Shown one piece after another: positions 47,062 through 60,578 of a DNA stretch of 64,000 nt; position 1 is the stretch's first letter; each line of letters begins with the position of its first letter. Both the position numbers and the translations under genes were made by a program. The DNA is from Neocallimastix sp. 'constans' (Eukaryota): the NCBI GenBank assembly GCA_050613775.1, contig JBODTK010000115.1:1-64000 (forward strand), in the 5' to 3' direction. The notes beneath the pieces were generated by a model that worked only from the letters and a program-made list of their open reading frames with translations, searched no databases and was not told the origin of the DNA.

Positions 47062-50000
47062 TTATTTTATAAAAATTTTATTTGTAAAATTAGTTATTTT
47101 GTTTCCATTAAGGTTTTTGGTTAATGGATCGACCAGCATATCATTTGTACTAATATATTTTAGTTGAACATTTTTATTTAATATATTTTCATTGTTGAAA
47201 TGGTAGCTAACACTAATATGTCTAAGCTTTGGATTTAAATGACCTGCTTCAATGCTACTTTTGCTCGCTTCATGATCCGTGTATACGTCTATAGTTTCAG
47301 TTTCTCCAAATAATTCATAAAGTAGATTTTTAATTTGTAATACTTTCTTAATACATTCTGTAGTACTTAAATATTCAGCTTCGGCAGTAGACGTTGCGAC
47401 AGTTGTTTGTTTTTTAGAATACCATGAAATGGGATTTGTACCCATTAAGATAATGTGTCCTAAAGTCGATTTTCTATCATCTAGATCACCGGCAAAATCT
47501 GAATCTGTATGCGCATTTATTTTACCTTTACCGTCATATCTTATTTTATAATGTTTTGTTCCATTTAAGTATTTTAATATTTTAATAGCTTTTTTCCAGT
47601 CGGCTTGAGTTGGATTTTCTGATTTTCTAGCGGGAAAGTTAACTGCAAATGCAATGTCTGAACGTGTACATCTTGCAAGATAAATTAAGGATCCGATAAT
47701 ACTTTTGAATTTTATTTTGTCAACAGGTTCATTATCTTCATTATTTTCGTTCACTGAACATGGTGATTTTATTTTCTTTTTATTATTTATATTATATTTA
47801 TTTAACAGATTATCAATGAATGCTTCTTGTGAGATATAAATATCATTATTTTCTCTTTCTATTTTAATTCCTAATATGAAGTCAGCAAATCCACATTTTG
47901 ATACCCTAAAGTTATCTTTAATTCTTGAAACAATTCTAACAATTTCGAAATTTTCACCTATAATTAGCATATCATCAACATAAAGTCCTATAATACAAGT
48001 TAGTTCATCCTTCTGCTTTTTAAAGAAAACACATGGATCAGTGGTGGATTGATGAAATTTGTTTTCGGTTAAAAATTTTGTAATGGTTTTATTCCACTAG
48101 CGGCCTGATTGTTTGAGGCCGTACAATGCCTTATTTAGAATCCAATAGCCTTTACCGTAGTTTTCATCGCCGTAAGGAATTTCGGTGTAAATTTCTTTAT
48201 CTAAGGCGGCGTTTAGATAGGCAGATTTAAAATATAATTGATAAACAGTCCATTGAAATTGAGCAGCAAAAGCGAGAAGTAATTTTATACAATCAACATT
48301 TAATGTCGGACTATATGTAAGTTCATAATCGATGCCGTATCTTTGAGCAAAACCTCTTGCAACAAATCTGGCCTTTCTTTTAATAATTTTATTATTTGCA
48401 TTCTTTTTAATTGCAAAAACCCATCTTGTAGAAATTGGTTGTTTTCCTCTTGGTAGTTTTTTAACAAAAGTCATTGTATTATTATCATATAAATTTTTGA
48501 GTTCTTCATGGATAGCAATATCCCATTCATCGGCATGATCACAATTGAGAGCTTTTTGATAGGTTTTCGGAACTTCTTCATTTTCAGTTTCAATAGTATT
48601 AATTAAATTATCATTGTTGTAATTAAAATTATTAGGACTATTATTATAAGAAATAATATTATTATGATTATTATTATTATTGTAAATATCAATATTATTA
48701 TTATTAATATTAGGTTTGAAGTGTTTAATAATACTATTATTGGTAAATTTGGATTTTCTTTTATTATTTCTATAAATATTTATGCTATTATTATTTGAAT
48801 TATTATTAATAAAATTATTAATATTATTATTATTATTTTTATCTTCTTCTGATAAAAAATTTTTATTAATAAAATTTTGATCATTTTTTGAATTATTAGA
48901 ATTTTGTACATGATTTGGATTAGAAAAATTTTTGGTGTTTGAAAAATTTTCATTGGTTATTGTATTGGTATTTGTATTTTGATTAAAATTTTCTAAATTT
49001 TGATTAAATTCAGAATTTATTGTATCAGAAAAATTTTTACCATTGTATTGAATTTTTGAGCCAATAAAATTATTGTTATTAGAATTAATAAAATTATTTG
49101 AAAAATTTTTATCGTATATTAAATTATTATTATTATTATTATTATTATTATTGTTAAATATTAGCAATGTTATATGAACATTATGCATAACATATCTAAT
49201 ATGCCACACAAGCCTCATTAATTATAACCTTATTTTGTATATAGTTATTTTATAGTTTAATTAAAAATTAAATTATTTTTTCTTGTTGATTTTATAATAA
49301 TAAAGATATATGTATTTTTCTAAATAAAATAAATAAATAAAAATATATAATAAATATATATTAAAACACTTGGTGTAATACTTGTTCGTGTTCTCTGAAT
49401 CCACAACCTTGAACAATTATTATTATATTATTATTATTATTATTAATAAAATTATTATTGAAATTATTATTATTTAAATTTTGTTCATTTTTTGACAAAT
49501 TTTTATTAATTAAAATTTTTTCATTATTTTGATATGAAAAACTATTATTATTATTTTGATCTGAAATATTATAATTATCAATATTTAAATTATTGTTAAA
49601 GTTATTATTATTAACATTATAATCATCAGGAGAATTATTATTATAATTATTATTATGAATATTATTATGAATATTAATATTATTAGGTGGTTTATCAGGA
49701 ATATTAATGATATTATTATCAGGAATAAAATAATTATCGTCATTATTGTCATAATTGATGTTGATATTATTATTATTATGTATATTATTATTTGTATAAT
49801 TGCTTAATAATTTGTTGATAAAAGATAAATCTAAGCATAAATTTAATTTATTATTATTGTCTTTAACATAAGGCGAAATTCTTTTTGTAATATCTTTGGT
49901 TATACAGGCAGGGGTGTCTTCTTGAAATAATACTTCCCTTACTTGATGTAGAGAAAAATTATTATAGTCCATAATTAAATAAGAATTTGAATCATTACTG

Positions 50001-52451
50001 AAACCTAAGAAAAAACCTTTTTTATCGTTAGGATCTAATTTTCCTTTCTTGGGAGAGAAATCCTTATAATAAGCGATGCATCCAAAAACTTTAATATGAT
50101 TAACATGATTGGGAATACCATAAAATACTTCATTGGGAATTTGATTATTTATTCCTGAATGAGGAGTAAGATTATAAAGATATTTTGAGTAACGTATAGC
50201 AAAATCCCAAAATTTAATGTTGAGTTTACTCCAGCTTAATAAACATTTTAGGGAATAAAAAATGGTTTGATTAAATCGTTCAGCAATTCCATTATTTTGA
50301 GGATTTCTTGGAGGAGAATAGAGTTTTCTAATACCATTCTTTTTACAGAATTTGTTGACTCTTCTACTACAATATTCTTTGCCTTGGTCTGATTTGAAAT
50401 TAGTAATTTTATAGTTTGAAAAAAGATTATTTAAATATATGAAAAAATTAATAATAATATCAATGGCATCTGATTTTCTTTTCATTGCAAAGATCCAAGC
50501 TTTCCTAGAGAATTCATCAATGAATGTAATGATGAATTTAAAACCAAAAAATGAATCCGGGAAAGGACCAACAATGTCGGAGTGGATAACATCTAATAAC
50601 TTGGTAGCTTTAGAAGTTATTCTGTTGTGAGGTAACCTTTTCATTTTAGCTATTCCACATGTAATACAATTATTGTCGTTGTTATTATGACTTGTGGTGT
50701 GTTCCTTTATAAATTTTGATAAATCTTTGTGATAGAAGTGACCAAGTCTTCTATGCCAAAGATTATCATTATCGGTGTTCATAATTAAGTTATTATATTT
50801 ATTATTTATTTTGATTCTAAATGTGTTTCTTCCATCAATTGATCTATAAGTGTTAATGATATTATTATCATTGTCTGTAATGATAAGGTGTGGCTCATTG
50901 TTAATAAGCTTAATAATTGATATTAATTCAGTGTAGGTAAATTGTATACCACTAATTAAATTTTTATTTGCGTGCCTAGAATAAAATACTTTACTTAAGG
51001 TAATGTCATAACCGTTAATTGAGCCTTTGTATGCACCAAATCCCTCGAATTCCATTTCAGAATTGTTGGCACATGTTAAATTAATTTTGTATTTTTTAAA
51101 GTTAGTTAATAAACTTCGGTTATTAGTAATATGAACAATTGTACCAGAATCATAGATCCAAGTTGATTCGTTGTTGTCATAAGTAGTGCAATTGTTATTG
51201 TTATCATAATTATTAATATAATTAGTATTATTAGTGTAATTTATATCATTATTAAGTTCTTTATGTAAATTATTATTTTTACTTTCATAATTATTAAGAT
51301 TATTATTAAAATTTTTATTTAATTTATTTTTATCATTTTTATAATTATTAAGGTTATGAGTAGATTTATTTAAGTTATTTAAAAAATCAACATTATCAAG
51401 ACTATTGTTAATCATGTGACTTAAATTTTCATAATTTATGTAATAATCATAATCAACAGGTAAATTGTTATTTTCAATGTTATTAATATAATTATTACGA
51501 TTTTTATAATTTTTATTATAATTTTTATTATTATTTTTATAATTTTTATTATAATTTTTATCATAATTGTTATTAAATTTATTATTATTATAATTATTGT
51601 TATTAAATCTGTTATTATAGTTATTATTATTATTATTATTATTATTAAATTTAGTTTGATCCATGGTTCCGTTTGTTCTCCCGTTGTAATGGCATTCATT
51701 TGTTAAATGACCAAGTTGGTTACAAATATGACAGTATTTATTTGGAATTCTTCTTGGTTGAGAATTATTTTGTCTGTGGCTTTTATACTTATTATTTCTG
51801 TTAAATACTAGGTCTAAATCCATGGGATCATCGTAGTTATTATAATTGTTACGGTTATTATGGTTAATTTGTGGCTTGATTATTTTTTGTTCATTCATGC
51901 ATCTAATAAATATATTTCTTGATTTGATGAAATCATAATATTCGTCAGCTGTTTTACCAGGTTCAGGCAGGAATGCAATTTGTAATTCCTTTGGTAGCGC
52001 CTTGAACATATATTGGATCTTGTCATTTTCAATCATATCGTAATTGGCGGTTTTAAGTTTGTTAAAAATGTTTAACATGTCAGATAAACATTTTAAAACT
52101 TCCATATAGTTTCGAGGCTTCATAATTTTCAGTTTCTTTATTAATTTTTCTACAATTAGTTCATCTGCCTCTTGGTTAATCTCTTCCAGTTTCTTGATCA
52201 TATCAAAAGCAGATTCTAAATCCTCAATATCTTGATAAATTGATTCATCCACAGACTTGATGATAATAAAAACAACCTTTGAGTTGTTTTTATCAATTTC
52301 CCCAAAGTTTTCATGGTCTCTATCGGCTTCATTAAAAATATTGGTTGTGGCGTAATCAGAGATCTTTGGCTTTCAAAATGTTAATGAGTAACTTTTACCA
52401 CATTTTGAAGTTGGAACCCTTGTAAACGAAACATTCAGCGCTGTCAGACAT
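47062..52451 (-). pseudogene. Copia gag-pol pseudogene
   Basis: ATG 52451; early stop and frameshift before 52252; insertion at 49152-49415; in-frame TAG at 48097-48099 in RT. Confidence 0.88.
49152..49415. mobile_element. Short solo LTR inserted in copia pol, TSD ATTAT
   Basis: TGTT...AACA termini; ATTAT at 49147-49151 and 49416-49420; interrupts an Asn-rich coding tract. Confidence 0.75.
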
Positions 52452-52779
52452 TTTCGGTTGTTTGAGACTCTTAATCTATTAAAGATTGTTTAATTAATTA
52501 ATATAAATTTATTATTTATAAAATATAAATAAATGGTTAACAAAGATTTAAAGTTCAGAGAAAATTACATGTATTTATATTTAATTGGGGCTTGTTATAG
52601 ATACATATTAATTTATATTTAATTTATAATTACAATGTATTTAATATAATTTAATTTAATATTTTATTAAACCTAAGCTAGAATATAACTTTATATTAAT
52701 AAAGTTAACATTTTTCTTTTTTTGTTAAAACCTAAATTATTGTTGAAGAGATGACTGTCAATGTAATTTTATTTATTAT

Positions 52780-53345
52780 TGATTAATAAATACTCTTTTT
52801 TATTATTTATTAAAAAATACTCTTTTTATTATTTATTATTTATTATTTATTATAAATACTTTTTTTATTATTTATTATTTATTATAAATACTCTTTTTTA
52901 TTATATATTATTTATTATTTATTATTTATTATTTATTATTAATAAATACTCTTTTTATTATTAATTTTTATTTCTTATTTCTTATTTTATTATTTTATTA
53001 TTTATTACTTATTATTTATTATTTATTATTTATTATTTATTATTTATTATATATTATTTATTATTTATTAATAAATACTCTTCTTTTTATTATTTATTAT
53101 TTATTAATAAATACTCTTCTTTTTATTATTTATTATTTATTAATAAATACTCTTCTTTTTATTATTTATTATTTATTAATAAATACTCTTCTTTTTATTA
53201 TTTATTATTTATTAATAAATACTCTTCTTTTTATTATTTATTATTTATTAATAAATACTCTTCTTTTTATTATTTATTATTTATTAATAAATACTCTTCT
53301 TTTTATTATTTATTATTTATTAATAAATACTCTTCTTTTTATTAT
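52780..53345. repeat. 34-bp AT-rich minisatellite
   Basis: TTATTTATTATTTATTAATAAATACTCTTCTTTT-type unit, about 8 perfect copies at 53060-53340 plus degenerate copies upstream. Confidence 0.88.
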
Positions 53346-53829
53346 TTATTATTTATTATTTATTATTTATTATTTATTATTTATTATTTATTTTATTTAT
53401 TATTTATTATTTATTATTTATTATTATTTATTAATTATTATTATTTATTATTTTAAATACCTTTAATACTCATGGTTTAAGTTTAAAAAAAATTTAAAAA
53501 ATTATCAACACATCAAAATTCGGGAAAAGTGCATTTCCCAATGGTTCATTTCGTAATGGGACTTATAATAATTTTAAAATGAATCCATACATTTTTAAGA
53601 TATTCTATATAATCATAAATAACTCTATAAATAAATAATTATATTTCAAAAGAAATAATAATATATTTTTTCAATTAAATATTATTAAATAACTATTTCA
53701 AAAGAAATAATAATATATTCTATTAAAAAAGAATTATAAAAAATTATTTTTACAATTGAATATTAATAAATCATATATACTGATAAAGAATTTTTATAAT
53801 TTAATAATTTTATAATTTAAAATTAATAG

Positions 53830-54212
53830 TGATATAAAACAAATATGTGTAGTAACATATTTGTATATTTAATAATAATTATTAAATATTAAATTTATAT
53901 CTTTTTGATAATAATTATTTTATTTTATTTTATTTCAATATGTATTATTATAATTATAATAATTATAATACTTTAATTCATATAAAATTTATATAGTTCT
54001 ATGTATTAGAATATATAATTAATATATAACCTATTTCTTATAAATAGATTAAATTATTTCTATTAGAAATAGTGGAACTCTCTTGTAAAATTTTAGGAAT
54101 TAGAATTATTATTTTAATTGTACGAATAATATAATTGTATTAATAAAATTTACTAAACTACCATTATTTAAAACCCACTGCATATAAATTATTGCACATA
54201 AAAGTCATATTA
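53830..54212 (+). mobile_element. Diverged solo LTR related to element E (opposite orientation), TSD ATAG
   Basis: The first about 90 bp are the reverse complement of the E LTR end; ATAG at 53826-53829 and 54213-54216. Confidence 0.82.
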
Positions 54213-55118
54213 ATAGAATATACACGTGATCAAACAAATGATATGCGGGACTTTTATGTGCTATATTTTAATTATAATAATATAGTTATATCTTTATTTA
54301 ATTTATTATTCCTTTTCCTAAAAACTAAAAAACCCCCTTTCTAAATTAATTTATTAGAAATTGGTTATTATTAAGAAATTACATTTTAAAATTATAAAAT
54401 TTAATAGTATGAAATATATTTTAAACATATAATATAAATTATATATATATAAGAATACAATATCTATATTTAAATAATAAATGTATATTATATGTAAAAT
54501 AAAAAAATAAATATAAAATAATACATAATAATATATTGTATAATATAATAAAAATCCTATTAAAGTTAAATATAAAAATATTATTATATTTTAATATAAT
54601 AATATATAATTATAAAATAAATAATATAATATAATATATTATAAAATAATATGTAATTTAATATATATTATAATAGTAATTATAATATAATAATGAATAA
54701 TTAATAATATATTATAAAAATTATTATCAAAAGATATAAATTTAATATTTAATAATTATTATTAAATATACAAATATGTTACTACACATATTTGTTTTAG
54801 ATCAAAATTGCCCACGCTAAGATAGCAATTTATATATGAAATTAAGTATAGTTCTCTATACGAGAAGAATTCTTAATTGAAGATAAAATTGACTATTAAC
54901 AAAATAATAATTTTTATAAGATAATTATATTGTAGAATATTATTTCATTTTTAAAGAAAATTTAATATTTACTATGTTAGTTATTAAAATATTCATTAAT
55001 ATAATTTGAATATCTCAAATACAAAATTTATAAAAATTATGATAAATTTATAATTTAAATTTTGATTCAATTTTTAAAAAAAAAAAAAATTTGTTATTAA
55101 ATTTTTGTTAATAATATA

Positions 55119-55167
<49 letters not shown>

Positions 55168-55173
55168 ATAATA

Positions 55174-58100
55174 TTATTCTCTATAAGGTAGAATATTTTT
55201 GATGTGTACATTCCTCTTTAATATAATTCCAGTTTTATCTTCTTGTAATTTAACAGTATTCCAAGTGATTTCTTTGATTGTATAGGGTCCAATATAATAA
55301 GGGTCCAATTTATGTCTTTGAAACATTCTTATTTTTACTTTATCACCGATTTTGTATTCATGAATCTTTTCCATACTTTTCTTTGCTTCTCTTCTTGTCT
55401 TCCAATAGTTAATTGTCCCAAACTTTTTATTGGCTGCATCTTTAATCCATTTTGTATGTTCTATTAATCTTTCTAATAATAATTCTTCAATTGGTTGCTC
55501 AATGGATTCTCCTAATGAACAAAGTATATTGATTTCATTTGGGAGTATATCTTCACGTCCATATAATAATTCAAAACTTGAATATCCACTAACAGAAGAT
55601 TTTGAAGTCCTGATAGCCCATAAAGCTAAAGGTAGTAAGGTATCCCAATCATTATTTTTACCAGCAAAATTCCTAAGTTGTTTTCCAATCTCTCTATTTC
55701 TATTTTCGACCAAGCCATTAGAAGCAGGATGGTAACGAACAACAAAATGAATATATACACCATAAAGATCTAAGAATATTTTGGTGAAATCACTATTCAA
55801 CTGGGTTCCATTATCCATATTAATTATTTGTGGTAACCCATGTCTACTAAAAACATTAATTAAAAAGGTGATAACATCTTGAGAAGTAATTGTTTGAGAG
55901 GCTTCAGCTTCAACCCATAAAGTAAAATAATCTACACAAACTATAATATACTTATTACCTTTGGATGTGGTTTTTAAAGGTCCAATAATATCCAATCCTA
56001 ATCTGACAAAAGGAGCCTCTACAGGAGTTCTAAATTGTTCAACTAAATTGGGAGAAGGTTCCGATCTGTTTAATTGGCATATTTTACAAATTGAAATATA
56101 CTTCTTTATATCCAAAATCATATTTTTCCAATAAAAATTTTGTTTTATTCTATCATATGTCTTTTGTAGGCCTTCATGGCCGATCCTATGGGCCATTCCG
56201 ATAATTTTTATTTTTTCCAAATAATCATCTATTACTAGTCTAAGTTTACCTCTATCTTTAATATATGTTTTATCATTAATAGTGATAATCCTCTCTGTCA
56301 AAAACTTTTTCATAAATTCTGAAATATATTTTTCATTTTCAATTTCATCAATAAATTCTCTGGGAGTATCCTCTTCGTTATTATTATTAATTATTATATT
56401 ATTATTATCAACTATACCATTTCCACCATTTTCGCTTCTATTACCTTCATCATCAATATTATTTTCATTGTTTTCTTTTACGTTACCTTCAGTATTACTA
56501 TTATTATCGTTTACCAAAGCATTAGTAGTAACAATATCTTTCCTTTTTATACGAGAAAGTGCATCAGCTAATATATTTGCTCTCCCGGGTTGATAAACAA
56601 CGTCAACTTGTAACTGACTAAATAAAAGACACCAACGAGCATGTTTACTTGTATTTGGTTCATTGTTTTTAATTATAGGAACTAAAGGTTGATGATCTGT
56701 GTAAAGAATAGTCCGAAAAGGGTTTCCAAGAATATAGGGTTTAAACTTATTAATGCAGTAGTAAGCTGCAGTTCCTTCCAATTCAGTAATAGAGTAATTA
56801 TGTTCAGATTTACTTAAAGAACGACTAATATAAAATACTGGGTGTTCTATTTTATCTTCATATAGTTGTAATAATACTCCACCTATCCCTAGATAGCTAG
56901 CATCTGTACGAATAATAAAGGGTTTATCGAAACGTGGATAACATAAGATAGGTGCGTTACAAAGAGAATTCTTCATATTATCAAAACTAATAGTTTGTTC
57001 TTTAGTCCAAATAAAAGGTGAGTTTTTCCTTAAAAGTTTATGTAGGGGTTCAGAAATAGAAGCATAGTTTTCAATAAAATTTCTGTAATATCCAACCATT
57101 CCAAGAAAAGAACGTAATTCAGAAATATTGGTAGGAATATCTAAATTCTTGATTGCATCTACTTTTCTTTCTATGGGTAATAACCCCTTATTTGAAATCT
57201 TGTGTCCCAACGCTTCAACTTCGTAAACACAGAAATGACACTTTTCAATATTCATTTTTAATTTATTATTTCTAAGAATTTCAAAAACATTTGTTAAATC
57301 TATTAGATGTTGTTCAATGGATGGTGAATATACAATAATATCATCCAAATATATTTGAACACATTTATTTATTAAGTCAAAGAATATACGATTCATTTCT
57401 CTCTGGAAGGTAGCAGGAGCGTTGGTCAAACCAAAAGGCATTACCTTAAAGTAATAATTTCCAAACTTAGTAGTAAATGAAGTAAGTTCTTGATCATCCT
57501 TAAACATAGGTATCTGGTGATACCCACTAAACAGATCCAAAGTTGAAAAAATATAAGCATCTTTTAGAGCATCAAAAATTTCTTGTATTATCGGGATTGC
57601 ATAGGCATCCTTTTTAGTGATATTATTTAATAATCTATAATCTATACATAATCTCCAACGACCGTTTTTCTTAGGTACTAATACAATAGGTGACGACCAT
57701 GGTGAATGAGATGGTAAAATGAGTCCTTTATCTATTAATTTCTTTAATTCTATTTTTAAAGCTTCTAATTGAATTTGAGAAATTCTATAAGCTTTTTGTT
57801 TAATAGGTTTACTACCTGCAATTAGTTCAATATGGTGAGGTAGTAATTCTGAAGGTTCCAAATCATCACTGGAAACGGCTATAACATCTGTATAAGAATT
57901 TAATATTTTTTTGAATTCTGCCTTAAAATCCAAATCTTTGATATCCATATTATCAATTAATACTTCAAGAATTTTATTTTTATCAACATTCTCATTAATA
58001 CTATTAATATTATTAATTATTGTAGAAGGTGGATTTTCTATTATATAACAAAACATAGCTTGAGATTGAAAAATTTGAACGTCCTCTAATGGTACTAAGG

Positions 58101-59463
58101 GTACAACGTTAAAACTGAAAATACCATTGATATTATTAATTTTATTTCTCACATATAAATATTTACTATTAGCATCTACTAGCAACTTATAATCCGCTTG
58201 TGTTTTTAAATTAATAATTATATCAAAAATAGGATCACCGTTATCCACGACTCTAAATTCAGTATTAATTTTTAATGTTCCAATTTGTACTTCAAGTTGA
58301 ACTATTTCATAAACCTTTTCTTCAACATCAGATAAAGCTTGATGTACTCTGCCAGAGGTAGTTCTTACAACAGTATAATTTTTGATGAATTTTGTGAGGA
58401 ATTTCCTAGTTACTAAATTCGCGTTACTACCACCATCAATTAAAATAGCGGCAGGATAACCATCAACGGAACCACTGACCACAGCAATATCGTGTTCCTG
58501 GACTTCCCTGGTACAGTAGCAATGTGTCGGATTGTTGACAATCTCAAAATTTTCGATGTCATCGTAACATTCCGCATAGCCTATGATTGTTTCCTCTTCT
58601 GTTTTCAATTTTTTGAAACTTCTGTTAACATCGGCACGCAAGGCACTACTAATTCCTAATAACTGAGCCAAATTAATATTAGCTGGGGTATTTCTCAATT
58701 CTTCCACAATATCGTATGGTTCAACACCCTCTAACAATTGAATTATTTGACCAACTCTGGTAGCTTTGTCCTTCGTTTTATCTCTTTCTTTATCATTGGT
58801 AGGGTTCATTCTATTTCCAATTCCAATTTTATTTAGATTATTAACTTTACTATTTTTACCAATTTCTTCATTTTGAGTGTTCAAGTTATCCGTTTTATTT
58901 TTATTATTGTTCTCTACATCCAAGTCAACTTTATTCATAATATCCAAATCTGCTTTATCCACAATATCCAAACTATTATTCCTTATTTTCTTACCTATAC
59001 TTCCAAAATCATTATCGTTCAATACCTTCGTTTTGTTAATATTTAGTTTATCTAAATTTCCATCATTAATACTTTCCAATGTATTATTATCCACATTTTC
59101 GTTGTCATGTTTATTAGTTATATCATGATTAAAATTTTTAGTATTATTAATATTGTAATTAATTTTTGGTTTATTCTTAAGGGGTAACTCTACAATATTT
59201 CTATTTCTTAAATTATATTTTATTTTAGGTGAATTATTTATTGTATTATAATACATTTTATTAGTATAATCATTTTCGCTTAATTCTTCATTATTAATTT
59301 TTCTTTTTGTTTTTGGTAGTAAGGATGAATATTTTTCATCTCTACTACGTTTTGCAGCAGCAATAATATTTTTGTAATTATCATTCCATGAGGTAGCTGC
59401 AATTATACTAGGGTTGGCATTTTGATTAAAGGAAGTTAGCCTTCTTCCATTATCTAGTTTTTT
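55174..59463 (-). CDS. pol: Pol of element E, expressed by -1 frameshift
   Basis: ILIDGGS, WRLCIDYR, YLDD, TDASY, GLDIIGP, NGLVE, GPY. The -1 frame is open from the slippery site A AAA AAC (59463-59457). Confidence 0.95.
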   Translation of the reverse strand, partial: KKLDNGRRLTSFNQNANPSIIAATSWNDNYKNIIAAAKRSRDEKYSSLLPKTKRKINNEELSENDYTNKMYYNTINNSPKIKYNLRNRNIVELPLKNKPKINYNINNTKNFNHDITNKHDNENVDNNTLESINDGNLDKLNINKTKVLNDNDFGSIGKKIRNNSLDIVDKADLDIMNKVDLDVENNNKNKTDNLNTQNEEIGKNSKVNNLNKIGIGNRMNPTNDKERDKTKDKATRVGQIIQLLEGVEPYDIVEELRNTPANINLAQLLGISSALRADVNRSFKKLKTEEETIIGYAECYDDIENFEIVNNPTHCYCTREVQEHDIAVVSGSVDGYPAAILIDGGSNANLVTRKFLTKFIKNYTVVRTTSGRVHQALSDVEEKVYEIVQLEVQIGTLKINTEFRVVDNGDPIFDIIINLKTQADYKLLVDANSKYLYVRNKINNINGIFSFNVVPLVPLEDVQIFQSQAMFCYIIENPPSTIINNINSINENVDKNKILEVLIDNMDIKDLDFKAEFKKILNSYTDVIAVSSDDLEPSELLPHHIELIAGSKPIKQKAYRISQIQLEALKIELKKLIDKGLILPSHSPWSSPIVLVPKKNGRWRLCIDYRLLNNITKKDAYAIPIIQEIFDALKDAYIFSTLDLFSGYHQIPMFKDDQELTSFTTKFGNYYFKVMPFGLTNAPATFQREMNRIFFDLINKCVQIYLDDIIVYSPSIEQHLIDLTNVFEILRNNKLKMNIEKCHFCVYEVEALGHKISNKGLLPIERKVDAIKNLDIPTNISELRSFLGMVGYYRNFIENYASISEPLHKLLRKNSPFIWTKEQTISFDNMKNSLCNAPILCYPRFDKPFIIRTDASYLGIGGVLLQLYEDKIEHPVFYISRSLSKSEHNYSITELEGTAAYYCINKFKPYILGNPFRTILYTDHQPLVPIIKNNEPNTSKHARWCLLFSQLQVDVVYQPGRANILADALSRIKRKDIVTTNALVNDNNSNTEGNVKENNENNIDDEGNRSENGGNGIVDNNNIIINNNNEEDTPREFIDEIENEKYISEFMKKFLTERIITINDKTYIKDRGKLRLVIDDYLEKIKIIGMAHRIGHEGLQKTYDRIKQNFYWKNMILDIKKYISICKICQLNRSEPSPNLVEQFRTPVEAPFVRLGLDIIGPLKTTSKGNKYIIVCVDYFTLWVEAEASQTITSQDVITFLINVFSRHGLPQIINMDNGTQLNSDFTKIFLDLYGVYIHFVVRYHPASNGLVENRNREIGKQLRNFAGKNNDWDTLLPLALWAIRTSKSSVSGYSSFELLYGREDILPNEINILCSLGESIEQPIEELLLERLIEHTKWIKDAANKKFGTINYWKTRREAKKSMEKIHEYKIGDKVKIRMFQRHKLDPYYIGPYTIKEITWNTVKLQEDKTGIILKRNVHIKNILPYRE

Positions 59464-60578
59464 TGAGAATATAAGGAATTAATATAATTTTCATAATATG
59501 GATCATTTTGGAATCTATCAAAAGCAACGCAATCTTTTAAAACATGATCCGGTTGATGACAGAAATAACAGGTTTTAATTTTTAAATTTTTCATTTGATT
59601 AGTTAAATCGTCTATAACATCAGAATTATTATTATAATTATTTGTATTGTGATTCATATTACGATTATTGTTATTACTATTATTATAATTATTACCATTG
59701 TTATAATTATTATTAAAATTATTGTTACCAAGATTATTGTTATTATTAAAACTATTAAAATTTGGGTTTCTAAAATTTCTCAAAACGCTAGAATTCATTC
59801 TAGATGATGAATTTAATGATACATTATTAAATCTTCTTATTCTATTAAAATTTCCTGAATTGTTAAATGTATTAAAATTATTATTAAATGGAGTGAAATT
59901 TGAATTATTATTATATTGATCAATGAAAGCATTATTAAGATTTGATCTACCAGGTTGGGAAAAATTATTTCTTCTATTATAATTATTGATATTACCATAA
60001 GGACCCCACATTTCTTGGTTTCCTTGAGATTGAGTTAATATATTTTCATATTTCTCAGCTAATTTACAGGCAGTTTCAAGGTCAGGAGCTTCAGCCATGG
60101 CGATTCTTTCATAAATTCTACTACGAGGTCTCAAGGCATTTTCATAGTCGATCACTGAGAAGGAAGATTGGTCTGCGGAATCTAATTGATCATATAACTC
60201 TAAGAATCTAGTATTAAAGTCGTAAATACTTTCATTTGGATTGATCATAATTTTCTTAATTTGTCTTAATTTGTCTTCTTTCAGATTTTCTCTCCAATAT
60301 TTCTTTTTAATTAGGTATACACATTCATCTAGTGTTAGAATCCGATTCAACTTGACTTGTTCTATATGAAGTACACGAACTATATCATCCTCACAGGATG
60401 CAATGATATAACTGAATTTTCCTGCATCCGTTACAATACGTTCCCTTCTAAACCAGTCAGTAATACGAAACTTCCAAATTTCTGCATCTTTATGAACACC
60501 TCCAATCCTTGGTAGAGTTCTAGTATCGACATCATCGTTATCCACTAGAGTTGTCGAAGTAGTAGGTGAACTTGACAT
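59454..60578 (-). CDS. gag: Gag of element E
   Basis: Likely start MSSSPT at 60578; capsid-like region (NESIYDFNTRF), Asn-rich region, CYFCHQPDHVLKDC knuckle. Confidence 0.9.
   Translation of the reverse strand: MSSSPTTSTTLVDNDDVDTRTLPRIGGVHKDAEIWKFRITDWFRRERIVTDAGKFSYIIASCEDDIVRVLHIEQVKLNRILTLDECVYLIKKKYWRENLKEDKLRQIKKIMINPNESIYDFNTRFLELYDQLDSADQSSFSVIDYENALRPRSRIYERIAMAEAPDLETACKLAEKYENILTQSQGNQEMWGPYGNINNYNRRNNFSQPGRSNLNNAFIDQYNNNSNFTPFNNNFNTFNNSGNFNRIRRFNNVSLNSSSRMNSSVLRNFRNPNFNSFNNNNNLGNNNFNNNYNNGNNYNNSNNNNRNMNHNTNNYNNNSDVIDDLTNQMKNLKIKTCYFCHQPDHVLKDCVAFDRFQNDPYYENYINSLYSQKN

Larger units (their letters stand above)
46826..52710 (-). mobile_element. Decayed Ty1/copia retrotransposon
   Basis: About 215-bp LTRs at 46826-47040 and 52497-52710; PPT TTGAGGGGGAG at 47051-47041; order gag(CCHC)-PR(WIYDSG)-IN(WHRRLGH, HSDIVGP, SDQGKEY)-RT(YGLKQSG, YVDD)-RNaseH(TDSDFAGD, STAEAEY). 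Confidence 0.92.

Noticed and set aside
53060..53345. CRISPR-like 34-bp repeats
   Set aside because: Head-to-tail copies with no spacers; a simple minisatellite.
52741..53510. Possible solo LTR TGTTGA...TCAACA around the 34-bp minisatellite
   Set aside because: No matching TSD and no second copy in the window; cannot be supported.
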